A stretch of DNA of 64,000 bases from assembly GCA_963813715.1 (NCBI GenBank), contig CAWFAK010000014.1:64001-128000 (forward strand), in the 5' to 3' direction. Made by a program: the position numbers and the translations under genes. A model generated the notes under the pieces. The model was given only the letters and a program-made list of their open reading frames with translations. It was not told the origin of the DNA and did not search any database. This document shows, piece after piece, positions 43,594 to 55,674 of this stretch (its first letter is position 1; the number at the start of each line of letters is the position of its first letter). The stretch comes from an uncultured Planctomycetaceae bacterium. GTDB taxonomy: Bacteria; Planctomycetota; Planctomycetia; Planctomycetales; Planctomycetaceae.

Positions 43594-43666
43594 CTCCCCG
43601 ACTAGGACTCGAACCTAGAACCTAGCGGTTAACAGCCGCTCGCTCTACCAATTGAGCTATCGGGGA
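43594..43666 (-). tRNA. tRNA-Asn (GTT), CCA not encoded
   Basis: TCCCCGATAGCTCAATTGGTAGAGCGAGCGGCTGTTAACCGCTAGGTTCTAGGTTCGAGTCCTAGTCGGGGAG folds as a cloverleaf with anticodon GTT. Confidence 0.96.
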
Positions 43667-43694
43667 TTGTGAGTTTTCTGCCGAAGTTTCACTC

Positions 43695-43745
43695 GCGGTT
43701 AATCCGCCTGTGGCGGACTCGCTCTACCAATTGAGCTATCGGGGA
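43695..43745 (-). pseudogene. Duplicated 5' half of tRNA-Asn with a palindrome in the anticodon arm
   Basis: 28-nt exact copy CTCGCTCTACCAATTGAGCTATCGGGGA (43718-43745); GCGGTTAA retained; TCCGCCTGTGGCGGA replaces CAGCCG. Confidence 0.75.
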
Positions 43746-43875
43746 AGGGGTTTCCGCAGGGCGACCGGAGGGGCCACGCCTCGGGACCATGCATCAATAG
43801 ATCATCACCGAAATCGTTGCAAGGGCAGGAGCCGAAATTCGCGCCGTTCGGGGCGGACCACGGTTGACGTCGCGC

Positions 43876-45531
43876 CTAGGTCCTCCGCACGAGGTAGCGA
43901 TCGAGGTACTGCTCGAGCTTGTCGGTGTCGGCCGGCTGGCCGCGGTAGCCGATGTAGCCGTCGGGCCGCACGACGATCACCGCCCGATCGTCGGCCGCAA
44001 TTTGTTGTTGCAACTGCCCCTCGACGTCGAGCCAAGCGGCGATGTTCGCGGGCGTCGCGCTCGGGTCGAGCTGGGAGGCGCCAGCAGTCAGGATCCGGTG
44101 TGCGGCGAAGAGGTCGGGAAAATCGCGCTCGACTCGCTCGGCAATCTCGAGCAGCGGCGCCAGGGATGCGCGCCCGTGCGGACCCGGGAACAAGAGCAAG
44201 TTGTGGCGCGTGCCGCGCAGGACGGCGAACAGGCTCGTCGGTGCGCCTCCCGTTGCCGGCGCAAGAGCGCGTCGGGCATGCGATCGCCGGCCGCCAGCTC
44301 GCCGCCGTGTCCGAGCCAGTCGTCCTGTGAGAGGGGGCTGTGGCGATAGTTGATCGACAGTTCGCAGAGCGCGTTTTTGAACTTGTCCTGGACGAAGCCG
44401 AACGACATCGCCACGCCGGCGACATGATTGCGCAGGTATTGCGCGACGGGATTTCGCAGAGTGGCGACCACGGTCATCCGCCCGGCCGCGTGCAGCACCT
44501 GGTCGCCCACGGCGCTGCGTTCGACGGAATAACTGTTGAGCAGGGCATCGATCTTGCCTCGGCCGCGGTTGGCCAGAGCGAGCTTCCAGGCGAGGTTGAA
44601 CGCGTCCTGCATGCCCGTGTTCATTCCCTGTCCGCCGGCTGGGCTGTGAATGTGGGCCGCATCGCCGGCCAACATCACGCGACCGCGGCGATAATCAGTG
44701 ACCTTCCGCTCATTGATGCGAAAGCCGGCGAGCCAAACCGGATCGGACAGCGTCAGCCCGCCCGGACCGCGCTCGTCGACGACAGCCTGGACCTCGGCCA
44801 GTGTCGGGTCCGGCGGCTTGTCACCCTTTGCCGTGCCAATGTCGGCGATGATGCGGCAGCGATCGCGAGTGATTGGGAAATACACCAGCACTCCTTGGCG
44901 ATGCCAGAACACGCTGATTTCGTCCTTGGCGATCGGCCCTTCGATGTGCACGTCGGCCAGCAACCAATCGTTCGGCTCGGGATCGCCGACAAACGGCAGA
45001 TTGAGGCCATGACGGACCGCGCGATGCTGCGCCGTCGCAGCCGATCAGCCACGGGACCCGCAACGACTCTTCCTGGCCATCGGGATCGCCGTCTGTATGT
45101 CGCAGCGTACAGGCGACCGCGTCCGCCTCTTCACGAAATGAAGTGAGCTCGACGCTCCGTTCGATGCGGATGCCCTGCTGCGTGAGATGCGCCGCGAGCA
45201 GCCGTTCGGTTTCGTTCTGGGGGATCATGAGCGGATAGCCGAACGGGCTCTGGACGCCGGCAATCGTCACGTGAGAAATCCGCTTGCCGCCGCTGTAAAC
45301 GCTTGCGCCGGTCGCCTTGAGCCCCGTCTTGACGAAGGTGTCGGCGAGATTCAGATTGGCGAGCAGCTCGAGCGTGCGGCTCCAGACGACGAGCGCCTTC
45401 GATTTGTCCGACGCCACGGCTGCCTTGTCGACGATGCGGCACGTCAGGCCGTAATGGTGCAGCGCGGCGGCCATCGTCAGCCCCACGGGACCAGCTCCGA
45501 CAACCAGCACATCGACGGTTCGATCGGGCAT
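43876..45531 (-). CDS. FAD-dependent monooxygenase (PheA/TfdB family); frameshifts ~45020 and ~44250
   Basis: VLVVGAGPVGL, LIGCDGA, GDAAHIHSPAGGQGMNTG.QDA.NLAWKL, VRPDGYI. Confidence 0.9.
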
Positions 45532-45730
45532 CGCGGCGTCTCCTTTCGCTGAAGTCAGTTCCCTCGGCCCATTCCCGCAGGCTGGGACCGATTCTATCGC
45601 GATTCGGCCGGCGCACCTATCGGCACCGCACGGCGGGGCGCTCGTGCGTCCTTCTTTCCGGCGAGCACCCCGTGGTGTAGGTTCGAATGCGTCGCCATCG
45701 CGTTGGACTAAATGATCAGGATGCGGCCAC

Positions 45731-46549
45731 GTGCAGTATCACGAGTGTCGGCCCCCGTCGATCCTGCAGGAATCGGTCAAGTGTTTCTGGACCCACGAGG
45801 CAACCTACTCGGTCGATGAAGTTCAGGAGATCACGCCCGACGGGTGCGTCGAGCTGATCTTTAACTTCGGCAGTCCGTATCAACTCTGCGGCACGACGCC
45901 GCCCACCGTGCTGCCGCCGGCCATCATGGTCGGCTTTCAGAAAAAGACGATGCCGATCCGCGTCGACGGCACGGTGCGGGTCGTTGCCGCCCGCCTGTTT
46001 GCTTGGGGCGGCCTGGAATTCCTTGCAGAAGGGCTCGAGAGCGACTCGATCCAGACCCTCGACGGGAACTGGGACGCGCTGCTCGGACGGCTCAAGGCCG
46101 AGGTTGCCGCGGGGCGCTACGACGCGGCGAGGACGGTGCTTGAGGAATTCCTCGTGCAAAAGGCGCTGATGCGGACTTACGACCACGAGCTGGTGCGCAC
46201 AGCCGCCCGGATGCTCTATCAGACGAAGGGCCAGTGTCGGATCGAAGAACTGGCCGAGTCGTGCGCAACCTCCGTGCGGCAGCTGCAGCGGAAATTCCAG
46301 CGCGACGTCGGCGCTTCGCCCAAGTTCTTCGCTCGCACCGTGCGGTTTGAGCAGGCCCAACGCCGACTGATGCTCGAACCCGAGACCGAGCTGACCGGAT
46401 TGGCCCACGACTGCGGCTACTTCGACCAGGCGCATTTCATCAAAGAGTTTCGGGCGTTTACCGGCAAAACGCCGTCGGCCTACGCCGGGCAGATGCGGCG
46501 CCTGCACGACTTTCTCCACGGCAAAGACGTCGTGTTCTTACAATCGTGA
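45731..46549 (+). CDS. AraC family transcriptional regulator
   Basis: ITPDGCVELIF N-terminal domain; RQLQRKF, GYFDQAHFIKEF HTH. Confidence 0.92.
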   Translation: MQYHECRPPSILQESVKCFWTHEATYSVDEVQEITPDGCVELIFNFGSPYQLCGTTPPTVLPPAIMVGFQKKTMPIRVDGTVRVVAARLFAWGGLEFLAEGLESDSIQTLDGNWDALLGRLKAEVAAGRYDAARTVLEEFLVQKALMRTYDHELVRTAARMLYQTKGQCRIEELAESCATSVRQLQRKFQRDVGASPKFFARTVRFEQAQRRLMLEPETELTGLAHDCGYFDQAHFIKEFRAFTGKTPSAYAGQMRRLHDFLHGKDVVFLQS

Positions 46550-46624
46550 TCCTCCTCGATCGGCAAGAATGCCCGGTGTTCCGAACGGGGCCTTCCCCAG
46601 TGACACCGACGAGGAGACTGAATC

Positions 46625-47011
46625 GTGAACCGCATCTCGCTAGTGACCGTGCTTGTCGACGACCAGGATCGGGCCATCGAGTTCTACACGCGCCTGCTGG
46701 GCTTTGCCGTCGCCGAAGATGTGCCGTTCGGCCCGAAACGCTGGGTGACGCTGCGACGGCCGAATGACACGGGCGTGTCGCTCACGCTCAATTTGGCCGA
46801 GACGGAAACGGACCGTGCCGCCGTCGGCAAGCAGGCGGGCGCGCAGCCGTTCCTGGCCATCGAGGTCGACGATTGCCTGGGCGAATACGTCCGGATGAAG
46901 GGGGCCGGCGTCAAATTCCACGGCGAGCCGCAGGTCCAGCCCTACGGCACGGGCGTGACGCTCGAGGATCTCTACGGCAATCGGATCTACATGAACCAGG
47001 AGCCGAAGTGA
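46625..47011 (+). CDS. VOC/glyoxalase family protein
   Basis: VDDQDRAIEFY..LGF, EDLYGN. Confidence 0.9.
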   Translation: MNRISLVTVLVDDQDRAIEFYTRLLGFAVAEDVPFGPKRWVTLRRPNDTGVSLTLNLAETETDRAAVGKQAGAQPFLAIEVDDCLGEYVRMKGAGVKFHGEPQVQPYGTGVTLEDLYGNRIYMNQEPK

Positions 47012-47055
47012 CTCGGGCCGCCGGGCATCGCAGGGGACAAAGCCCGCGGAAGCAG

Positions 47056-47490
47056 TCAGGAGAGGAGCGGTGCGCCGTCGTCGTTGCGATTTTTTTCGAG
47101 AACGACGCGGTTGCCGCGTTCGTTGTACTCGACGACGCTGAGGAACGCCCGCATCAGCATGATGCCGCGGCCGCAGGGCTTTTCGAGGTTCTCGTCTTCG
47201 GTCGGATCGGGCACGTCCTCGGGGCGAAAGCCGTTGCCTTCATCCTCGATGATAATCCGCACTTTTTCGCTGGAGACCTGGCAGGCGACTTGGACCTCTT
47301 TGTTGGGGTCCAGCCCGTTGCCGTGTTTGATCGCGTTGACGAGCGCCTCTTCGAGGGCGAGGCGGACGCCGAAAATGCCGCGAGCGGGAAAGTCGAGCTC
47401 CTCCAGGAGCTTGATAATTCGCTCCTGGACTCTCTGCCCCTCCATTGTGGAGCTGGGGATGCGGACCTGGAACTCTTCAATCCACGTCAT
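47056..47490 (-). CDS. Anti-sigma factor kinase (RsbW/SpoIIAB-like)
   Basis: LALEEALVNAIKHGN, DEGNGF, GRGIMLM. Confidence 0.9.
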   Translation of the reverse strand: MTWIEEFQVRIPSSTMEGQRVQERIIKLLEELDFPARGIFGVRLALEEALVNAIKHGNGLDPNKEVQVACQVSSEKVRIIIEDEGNGFRPEDVPDPTEDENLEKPCGRGIMLMRAFLSVVEYNERGNRVVLEKNRNDDGAPLLS

Positions 47491-47739
47491 GCTGACAAAC
47501 AGCCTGGCGCCCGTTGGGTGACCGTCACCGGGAACGAATCGGCGAAGCCTGTCGGCTCACCGAAATCGCGCTCCGGGAATGAGCTGACCGAACCAAGTGT
47601 CAAATTTGCTGGAGTGACGTTTCACGAGGAGAAAGCGCTTCCCGAGCGGGTCTCTCTGATCACGATCGGTCGCGGCGGGAAGTCCAGGCATGGGATGTCC
47701 CGCGGCGGTCTGTCCTACTCGGTGGGTCTGAATCGGCCG

Positions 47740-48096
47740 TCAAAAGCCGTCGAGAGCGCGTTCCTGGTCCTCGTAGATTTTGAACAGCCGATTGAGCTTT
47801 GTGATGGCGAATACTTCGTAGATCTCGGGCCGAATGCAGGCGAGCCTCAACTTTCCTTTGGCTGCCTTCACTTTTTTCTCCATCGTGATCAGTTTGCCAA
47901 GCGCCGCACTGGACAAATACTCCACGTTGGAAAAATCGAGGATGATCTTGGTGCGGGCGTCCTCGTCGACCAGGGCAAACAGCTGGTTGCCGATGATTTG
48001 AATGTTGTTTTCGTCGAGGATTTTCTTATCGATGAATTTGGCGATTGTGACGTCGCCGACATCTTCGATATCCAGCCGTTGGGAGCTGCTCCCCAT
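47740..48096 (-). CDS. STAS anti-anti-sigma factor (RsbV/SpoIIAA-like)
   Basis: ILDFSNVEYLSSAALGKL, F.ITKL. Confidence 0.92.
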   Translation of the reverse strand: MGSSSQRLDIEDVGDVTIAKFIDKKILDENNIQIIGNQLFALVDEDARTKIILDFSNVEYLSSAALGKLITMEKKVKAAKGKLRLACIRPEIYEVFAITKLNRLFKIYEDQERALDGF

Positions 48097-48320
48097 CGTT
48101 GACTTCCAGTGCCGAAATGCGAATGGCCGGGCGGAAAAACCGTGTTTTGACGATCATCCAGCCTGCGAATCGCCATGTCAAGGTTTGTCCGGTGCGCGAC
48201 GTCGTTTTCCCGCGAGAGGAAATCCGCGACCGGCAAGGGATTGCGCCGCCTGCCGCTTCGAGTCGCCCGAACGTCGCTGGGACGAGTCGAACTCCAAAAA
48301 CTTGCCGCACAGCGAGCGGC

Positions 48321-49211
48321 TCAGGGCCAGCGGGCTGCTTCCTCGCCGTCCAAGCGGAGCGTGAGGCACTTGGCGCTGCCGCCGGCCTTGATGAACTCGT
48401 CCAGCTCCGTGCTGTGGGGCGTGTAGCCGTGGGCGCGGAGATCGATTTCGAGCCGCGGGCAGCCGGTATTGATCACGACGTGACGACCAACGACCACCGC
48501 GTTACAGGCGAAGCGCTGCGCCTCCTCGGGTGCGACGGCGATCAATCCGGGGATGGCCTCGGTAAGCGAGCGCTGGGCGTACTCGTCGAAGGCCGGAGGG
48601 AAGTAGAGCGCCTCGGTATCAGAGAGCGGGCAAAAGCACGTGTCGAGGTGATAGTAGTACTGGTCGACCAACTGCAGCGGCAGGGTGCGGCAGCCAATCT
48701 GGCCGCCCAGCCAGTGCAGGGCCCCGGCGTCGCTGCGAATCACGTAGCCGCCGAAGAGCGTGTCGCCGCAAAAGAGGGCGTCGCCGGCGCCTTCAAAGCT
48801 CCAACGGTCGGGCAGCGTAATGCAGTCAAAGCCCTGCTCGCGGAACCAAAGCTCGTCGACGGCCGTCTCAGGTTGGCGAGCCGGGTAGCGGAACCTCGCC
48901 AGATAGATGGTGTTACGGACAACGAGCGCGGCATTGGCCGTGAAGACCAGGTCCGGCAGTCCCCGCACCGGCTCCAACAAGCGGATTTCGGCCCCCAGTT
49001 GCTGCAACAGGGCCTGGAGTGCCGCCCATTGCTGCCGCGAACGCTCCGGGTCGCTTTGGCGCCTGCGGCTCATCCAAGGATTGATCTCGTATTCGATCCC
49101 GTAATAATCGGGCGGGCACATGAGGATGACGGGCGACGGGCGACTGCCCGAACCGCCGGCGGAAGGCGATTTCGCCGCGGATGGGGCTTGGTCTGACGGC
49201 GAGTCGGCCAT
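48321..49211 (-). CDS. Amidinotransferase / dimethylarginase family protein
   Basis: MCPPDYY..YEINPWM, PDLVFTAN, FEGAGD, YHLDTCF, GGSAKCL. Confidence 0.9.
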   Translation of the reverse strand: MADSPSDQAPSAAKSPSAGGSGSRPSPVILMCPPDYYGIEYEINPWMSRRRQSDPERSRQQWAALQALLQQLGAEIRLLEPVRGLPDLVFTANAALVVRNTIYLARFRYPARQPETAVDELWFREQGFDCITLPDRWSFEGAGDALFCGDTLFGGYVIRSDAGALHWLGGQIGCRTLPLQLVDQYYYHLDTCFCPLSDTEALYFPPAFDEYAQRSLTEAIPGLIAVAPEEAQRFACNAVVVGRHVVINTGCPRLEIDLRAHGYTPHSTELDEFIKAGGSAKCLTLRLDGEEAARWP

Positions 49212-49541
49212 GGGGAGCGGGGCCATCCTGGTCTTTGGAGTATTCCGTCGGCCCCGGCGAACACTCGAGGCCAGCGAGTGTCCGAATCTTAGCAGACCCT
49301 CCAATTCGCCAGTAAGATTGAGTCGAGGCAGCCGAATAGCGGGCGCAACGTGGAGCTGGTATTGGGAAGAATGAACGGGGTATCGGCCAGAATGGGCTTG
49401 ATATCGGGCAGAACGGGGCTGATTTCGGGCGCAGTGGGACAGGGCGATTTGCTAGAATATTGGCCGCGCGGGAACTCGGGGGCCCGGCGATCCGAGGTGG
49501 CACAACGCGGTTGCAGCGGCAGGGTCGGGGGCGGAATCTCG

Positions 49542-51863
49542 ATGGTCGTCAGGCACATCGCGCAGCGCTTTAGCCCTTGGCTGCGGCCGTTGCTCGTGCT
49601 GATTGGGTGTCTGGGATCCGTCGGCGCGGGCTACGCGGCGACGGGCACAGCCACGCTCTCCAACTCGGCGGCCCGTGCCTTCGACGGGACCTGGGTAGGA
49701 ACGTTCGAGCAGGACTCGTCCGGCCTCGGCTTTCTCGCGCTGCGGATCGATGCCAGCCAAAAACGGTTGCGGATCAACGTGTCGCTCCGCAGCGAGCGGA
49801 TTGCCGGCGCGGGCGACCGGCGTTGTGCTGGACGGCGATCGGCTCACGTTCGACGTGCATCCCGAAGACAACCCCAATCGCGCGGCAGCGGATTGGCATT
49901 TCGTTTTGCAGGGGGCCGGCCGACAAATCACCGGTGAGATCGAGCGTCCCTCGACCGACGGCGCGGGGCAGGGACCGAGCCACTTTTCGCTGCACATGCA
50001 GCGGGCCCTGGATCTCAAGCTCGAGCAGTTCCGGCCGTTTGTCGGCAACTACCGTCTGGCCGAGCGGACGGAACCCGCGCGGGCCGGCGACGACGCGGAC
50101 GGAGACGTCTTTTTCGTTGGCTACGGCAGCAACCCGACCAACCGCGGCAACTCCAACTATGCGTACCTCACTCGCGGCGATCGCATGCAACAAATTGTGC
50201 CGATCGCGCCGGGAACGTTTTCTGGCCGATGACGGCGCCCGCGTCATGTTCGAGCGCGACGCGTCCGGCCAGGTCAACCGCCTGCGCTGGACTGACGCAA
50301 AGCAAGCGGCCGCGCTGACGCCCGGTCTCGCTGGGCCCCGTGACGCGGCTCGGCGGGGCGGCGCGCACCCGCCGGCCAGATCGCCGAGCGGGTCGAGTTG
50401 TGGCGGCAGGAAGAAGTCTCGTTTTCTGGACCGGGGGCCGTGCTGTCGGGCACGCTCTATTTGCCGACGTCGCCCGGACCGCACCCGGCTCTTGTCTTCG
50501 TGCACGGTTCGGGTCCGCAGACTCGGCTCGATAACTGGTCGATGGCCGATCGTTTCGCGAGGGCCGGCATCGCCTGCCTGTCGTTCGACAAGCGGGGCAC
50601 GGGCAAATCGACGGGCGATTGGGAACAAGCCGACTTCGATGTGCTGGCCGACGACGTCCTAGCCGCAGTCGAGCGGCTTCGCGCACGTCCCGAAATTCAG
50701 GCCGACCAGATCGGACTGTGGGGCGTGAGCCAGGCCGGCTGGGTCATTCCGCTTGCCGCCAACAAATCGGATCACGTCGCGTTTTGTATTCCTGTCTCTG
50801 GCGGAGCCGTCTCGCCGGCCGAGCAGGAGCTGTGGCGCCGCACGCAGTATCTGCGATTCTTCGGCTGCGACTCGCGACTGCTGGAAGGGATGCGGCGGGC
50901 CGTCGCCATGCACTTTCAATGGGAACAACTTTACAAGGCCGGGAAGTTTCCGATTCCGCCGTTGTTCGACGTCGAGCCGCTCAACATGGATCTCGACTGC
51001 GCCGGCGCTCGATTCGCGGCGTGCGGCAGCCAGTGCTCGCGATCTTCGGCGATTCGGACGTGCTGACGCCACCCCGCGAGAGTGCGGCGATTTGGGCGAA
51101 CGAGCTGGCCGCCGGCGGAAACAGCGACTATGCGGTCCGTCTCTTCCCGCACGCAACACACGGCCTGTTGGTCTCGGATCGGCCCTTCGAAGTCTTGCCC
51201 GAATCGCGGCTGGCACCGGGATATCTGAAGACGATGGTCGACTGGATCGCCGCGCACACGCGCGGGGCGGCGAGCGCACACAATCCGATATCGACCGCCG
51301 GCGCGGCAGCGGGGGACGGTCCCGCGTCCCGCGCGAATTCCGACATGATCGAGATCACGGCCGGCACGCCGGACGTTGTCGAGTCGCGCGGCCTGGGCAA
51401 GCTTCCCTGGTACGGCTCGGCTCCCGTGCAGGTTACGCTCATGTTGGCCGCCGCTTCAGGTAGCTTCTGGACGCTGGCGCTCTGGCCGGCTGCGTGGGGG
51501 ATTCGCAAGTTCCGCCGCATGCCGCGCCGCGGCCCGCCTGATCGCCCGACGATCGTCATGGGTTGGATCGTGAATTTGAGCGCGCTGGCGATGTTCCTGT
51601 CCGTGCTCGGCTTTTTGCGCTTCCTGGGTGACGCCTCTCCCAGCGGCTATTACAAGTTGAGCGAGCTCGGCCTGGTGCTCTTGGCGTTGCTCGCGCTGCC
51701 GGTCGCCGCGGCGAGCGTGCTCTTGCTCAAATCGAGCATCGAGTCGACGGGCGCTCGCGGACGCTCGCGCTGGGAAGCGGCTTCGGCCTGGATCACGGGC
51801 GGCTCGGTCGGCCTGTGGTTTTTCCTCTTCGTCTATTGGACCTGGGGCCCGCTCCTGAGCTAG
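49542..51863 (+). CDS. Secreted/membrane-anchored alpha/beta hydrolase with C-terminal TM helices (about four frameshifts)
   Basis: Signal peptide; HGSGP, DKRGTG, GVSQAG nucleophile, GDSD, ATH; C-terminal hydrophobic helices. Confidence 0.75.
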
Positions 51864-51893
51864 CTGGCCGCGCAGCGGTGAACGTCGGGCGTC

Positions 51894-51980
51894 GGGTGGC
51901 ACTGGCGGCTTGTCCGCCAGTGTTATTTGTCCGTCGCACGCCAACCAAGACACTGGCGGACGAGCCGCCAGTGCCACCCC
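51894..51980. repeat. Inverted REP family B doublet (REPIN-like)
   Basis: GGGTGGCACTGGCGGCTTGTCCGCCAGTG...CACTGGCGGACGAGCCGCCAGTGCCACCC. Confidence 0.85.
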
Positions 51981-52037
51981 CGAGCCAACGCTTTTTTGCG
52001 CTGAACGGAGCATCGCGCTTCGGGGCCATTCCCCATT

Positions 52038-52066
52038 TTGACAGCCTTTCGCCCATCTGCTAAAAG
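52038..52066 (+). promoter_or_regulatory. Sigma-70 promoter of kdsB-pyrG
   Basis: TTGACA-N17-TAAAAG with extended -10 TG; GGAGG RBS downstream. Confidence 0.55.
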
Positions 52067-52096
52067 AGCCGCGTCTGGAAAACACGGAGGTTTTCG

Positions 52097-52855
52097 ATGC
52101 GCGTTTATGGGATCATCCCGGCTCGGCTGCAGTCGTCGCGGTTGCCGCGAAAGCTGCTCTTGTCGGAGACGGGCAAGCCCCTGTTGCAATACACCTGGGA
52201 GCAGACCTGCCAGGCGAAGTCACTGGCCGAAGTGATCGTGGCGACCGACAGCCTGGAAATCGCCGCCGCCGTCAAACGGTTTGGCGGCCGCGTCGAAATG
52301 ACGGGCGAGCATCCCAGCGGCACCGATCGCATTGCCGAGGTCGTTCGCCGCAGCTGTCGCGACGCCCAGCTTGTCGTCAACATTCAGGGGGATGAGCCGG
52401 AGATCGATCCCGAGCACATCAATCTCTTGGTGAAGACGCTCGAGGCGCATCCGGCCTGCGAGATGTCGACGCTGGCGACGCCGATCACCAGCCGCCGCGA
52501 GCTCGACGATCATTCATGCAACAAGGTCGTCTGCGCGGACGATGGTCACGCACTCTATTTCAGCCGGGCGACGATCCCGTTCGTGCGCGACGCGGTCTGG
52601 GACGAGCTCCTGCAAACAAATTCGCCCTGGCTCTTGCACCTGGGCCTCTATGCCTATCGGGTCGAGTTCCTGCTGCAGCTGGCGAAACTGCCACCGTCGA
52701 AGCTGGAAAAGTTGGAGAAACTCGAACAATTGCGGGTACTGGAAATGGGGGCCCGCATTCAGGTCGCGGTGGTCGAACAACGCTCGGTTGGCATCGACAC
52801 GCCGGAGGACTATGCTCGGTTTATGGAGCGGATGCAGAGACGCGCGGCGGCGTAG
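52097..52855 (+). CDS. kdsB: 3-deoxy-manno-octulosonate cytidylyltransferase
   Basis: IIPARLQSSRLPRKLL, SGTDR, NIQGDEP, LYFSR, EKLEQLR, IDTPED. Confidence 0.96.
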   Translation: MRVYGIIPARLQSSRLPRKLLLSETGKPLLQYTWEQTCQAKSLAEVIVATDSLEIAAAVKRFGGRVEMTGEHPSGTDRIAEVVRRSCRDAQLVVNIQGDEPEIDPEHINLLVKTLEAHPACEMSTLATPITSRRELDDHSCNKVVCADDGHALYFSRATIPFVRDAVWDELLQTNSPWLLHLGLYAYRVEFLLQLAKLPPSKLEKLEKLEQLRVLEMGARIQVAVVEQRSVGIDTPEDYARFMERMQRRAAA

Positions 52856-52894
52856 CGTTTTCCGCTCGAATCGCGAAAAACTCGGAACACACGG

Positions 52895-52919
52895 TACTGG
52901 CGGCTTGTCCGCCAGTGTT
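52895..52919 (+). repeat. REP family B single copy
   Basis: GTACTGGCGGCTTGTCCGCCAGTG. Confidence 0.75.
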
Positions 52920-53022
52920 GTTTTATCCGGTGTTGTTTTAAGCTGGCGCACGTTGGCCGGCTTGTTTTGGTGCAGTCAGGAGTGTCGTTTCGCTCGTCAC
53001 CTCAAACTCCTGGGGGCAACGC

Positions 53023-54652
<1,630 letters not shown>

Positions 54653-54679
54653 GCGACGATACCGGCTACGAAGCGCAAC

Positions 54680-54758
54680 GGGTGGCACTGGCGGCTTGCC
54701 CGCCAGTGTGTCTTGCGTGCGCTGAAGACACTGGCGGACGAGCCGCCAGTGCCACCCA
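54680..54758. repeat. Inverted REP family B doublet
   Basis: GGGTGGCACTGGCGGCTTGCCCGCCAGTG...CACTGGCGGACGAGCCGCCAGTGCCACCC. Confidence 0.85.
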
Positions 54759-54777
54759 TCGATCAAGCCTCCGCAAC

Positions 54778-55674
54778 ATGTCCGACCTGCGCCGGTTTGG
54801 CATCCTCAATATCGACAAGCCCGCGGGGATCACGTCGCGCCGCGTTGTCGATCACGTGGCCAAACTTGTCCGGCCGGAAAAGGCCGGCCACGCGGGGACG
54901 CTCGATCCGCTGGCCACCGGCGTGCTTGTCGTCTGCGTCGGCAAGGCCACGCGACTGATCGAGGCCGTGCAGGACCAGCCCAAGTCGTATCACGCGACGT
55001 TCCTCTTGGGCCGCCAAAGCGACACCGACGACGTCACCGGAGCGGTGACCGAGGTCGCCGTCGCGCGAGAGATTCTCCGCGACGAGATCGAGCGGCATTT
55101 GCCGGCGTTCGTCGGCCGCATCGAGCAGGTGCCGCCGACGTTTTCCGCGGTGCATGTCGCCGGCCGCCGCGCCTACGAGCGGGCTCGGGCCGGGAAGACG
55201 GTCGAGCTGACGCCGCGACCGGTCGAAGTCTTTCGTCTCGAGATCACGCGGTTCGCATATCCCGAGCTGGAATTAGACATCGACTGCGGCTCGGGCACCT
55301 ATGTCCGCTCGATTGGTCGTGACTTGGGGAAGGTACTCAGCTGCGGGGCCGTGATGTCGGCCCTCGTCCGCACCCGCGTCGGACCCTATCGCCTGGAAAA
55401 CGCCGTATCGCTCGACCAACTCACTCGCGACACGTTCGACGGGTCCCTGCTCGATCCAGCGACGGCCGTGGCCGAACTGCCGCGACGTGTGGCCACCACG
55501 GATGAAGAGATCGCGCTGCTCCGCGCGGGCCGCGCGATTCCGCTCGGCGACATAACGAGCGCCGCGGACTCGGATTCCGTCGTCGTCCTCGACGGATCAG
55601 GGTCCCTGCTAGCACTCGCGCGGCCCGACCGCGAGACCAATTCGCTGCGTCCCTACCGCGTCTTCCTCGACTGA
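54778..55674 (+). CDS. truB: tRNA pseudouridine(55) synthase
   Basis: DKPAGITS, GHAGTLDPLATGVL, QVPP.FSA, CGSGTYVRS. Confidence 0.96.
   Translation: MSDLRRFGILNIDKPAGITSRRVVDHVAKLVRPEKAGHAGTLDPLATGVLVVCVGKATRLIEAVQDQPKSYHATFLLGRQSDTDDVTGAVTEVAVAREILRDEIERHLPAFVGRIEQVPPTFSAVHVAGRRAYERARAGKTVELTPRPVEVFRLEITRFAYPELELDIDCGSGTYVRSIGRDLGKVLSCGAVMSALVRTRVGPYRLENAVSLDQLTRDTFDGSLLDPATAVAELPRRVATTDEEIALLRAGRAIPLGDITSAADSDSVVVLDGSGSLLALARPDRETNSLRPYRVFLD

Noticed and set aside
49351..49370. Fourth copy of the ECF motif (GGTATTGGGA)
   Set aside because: No TGTCAC at the required spacing
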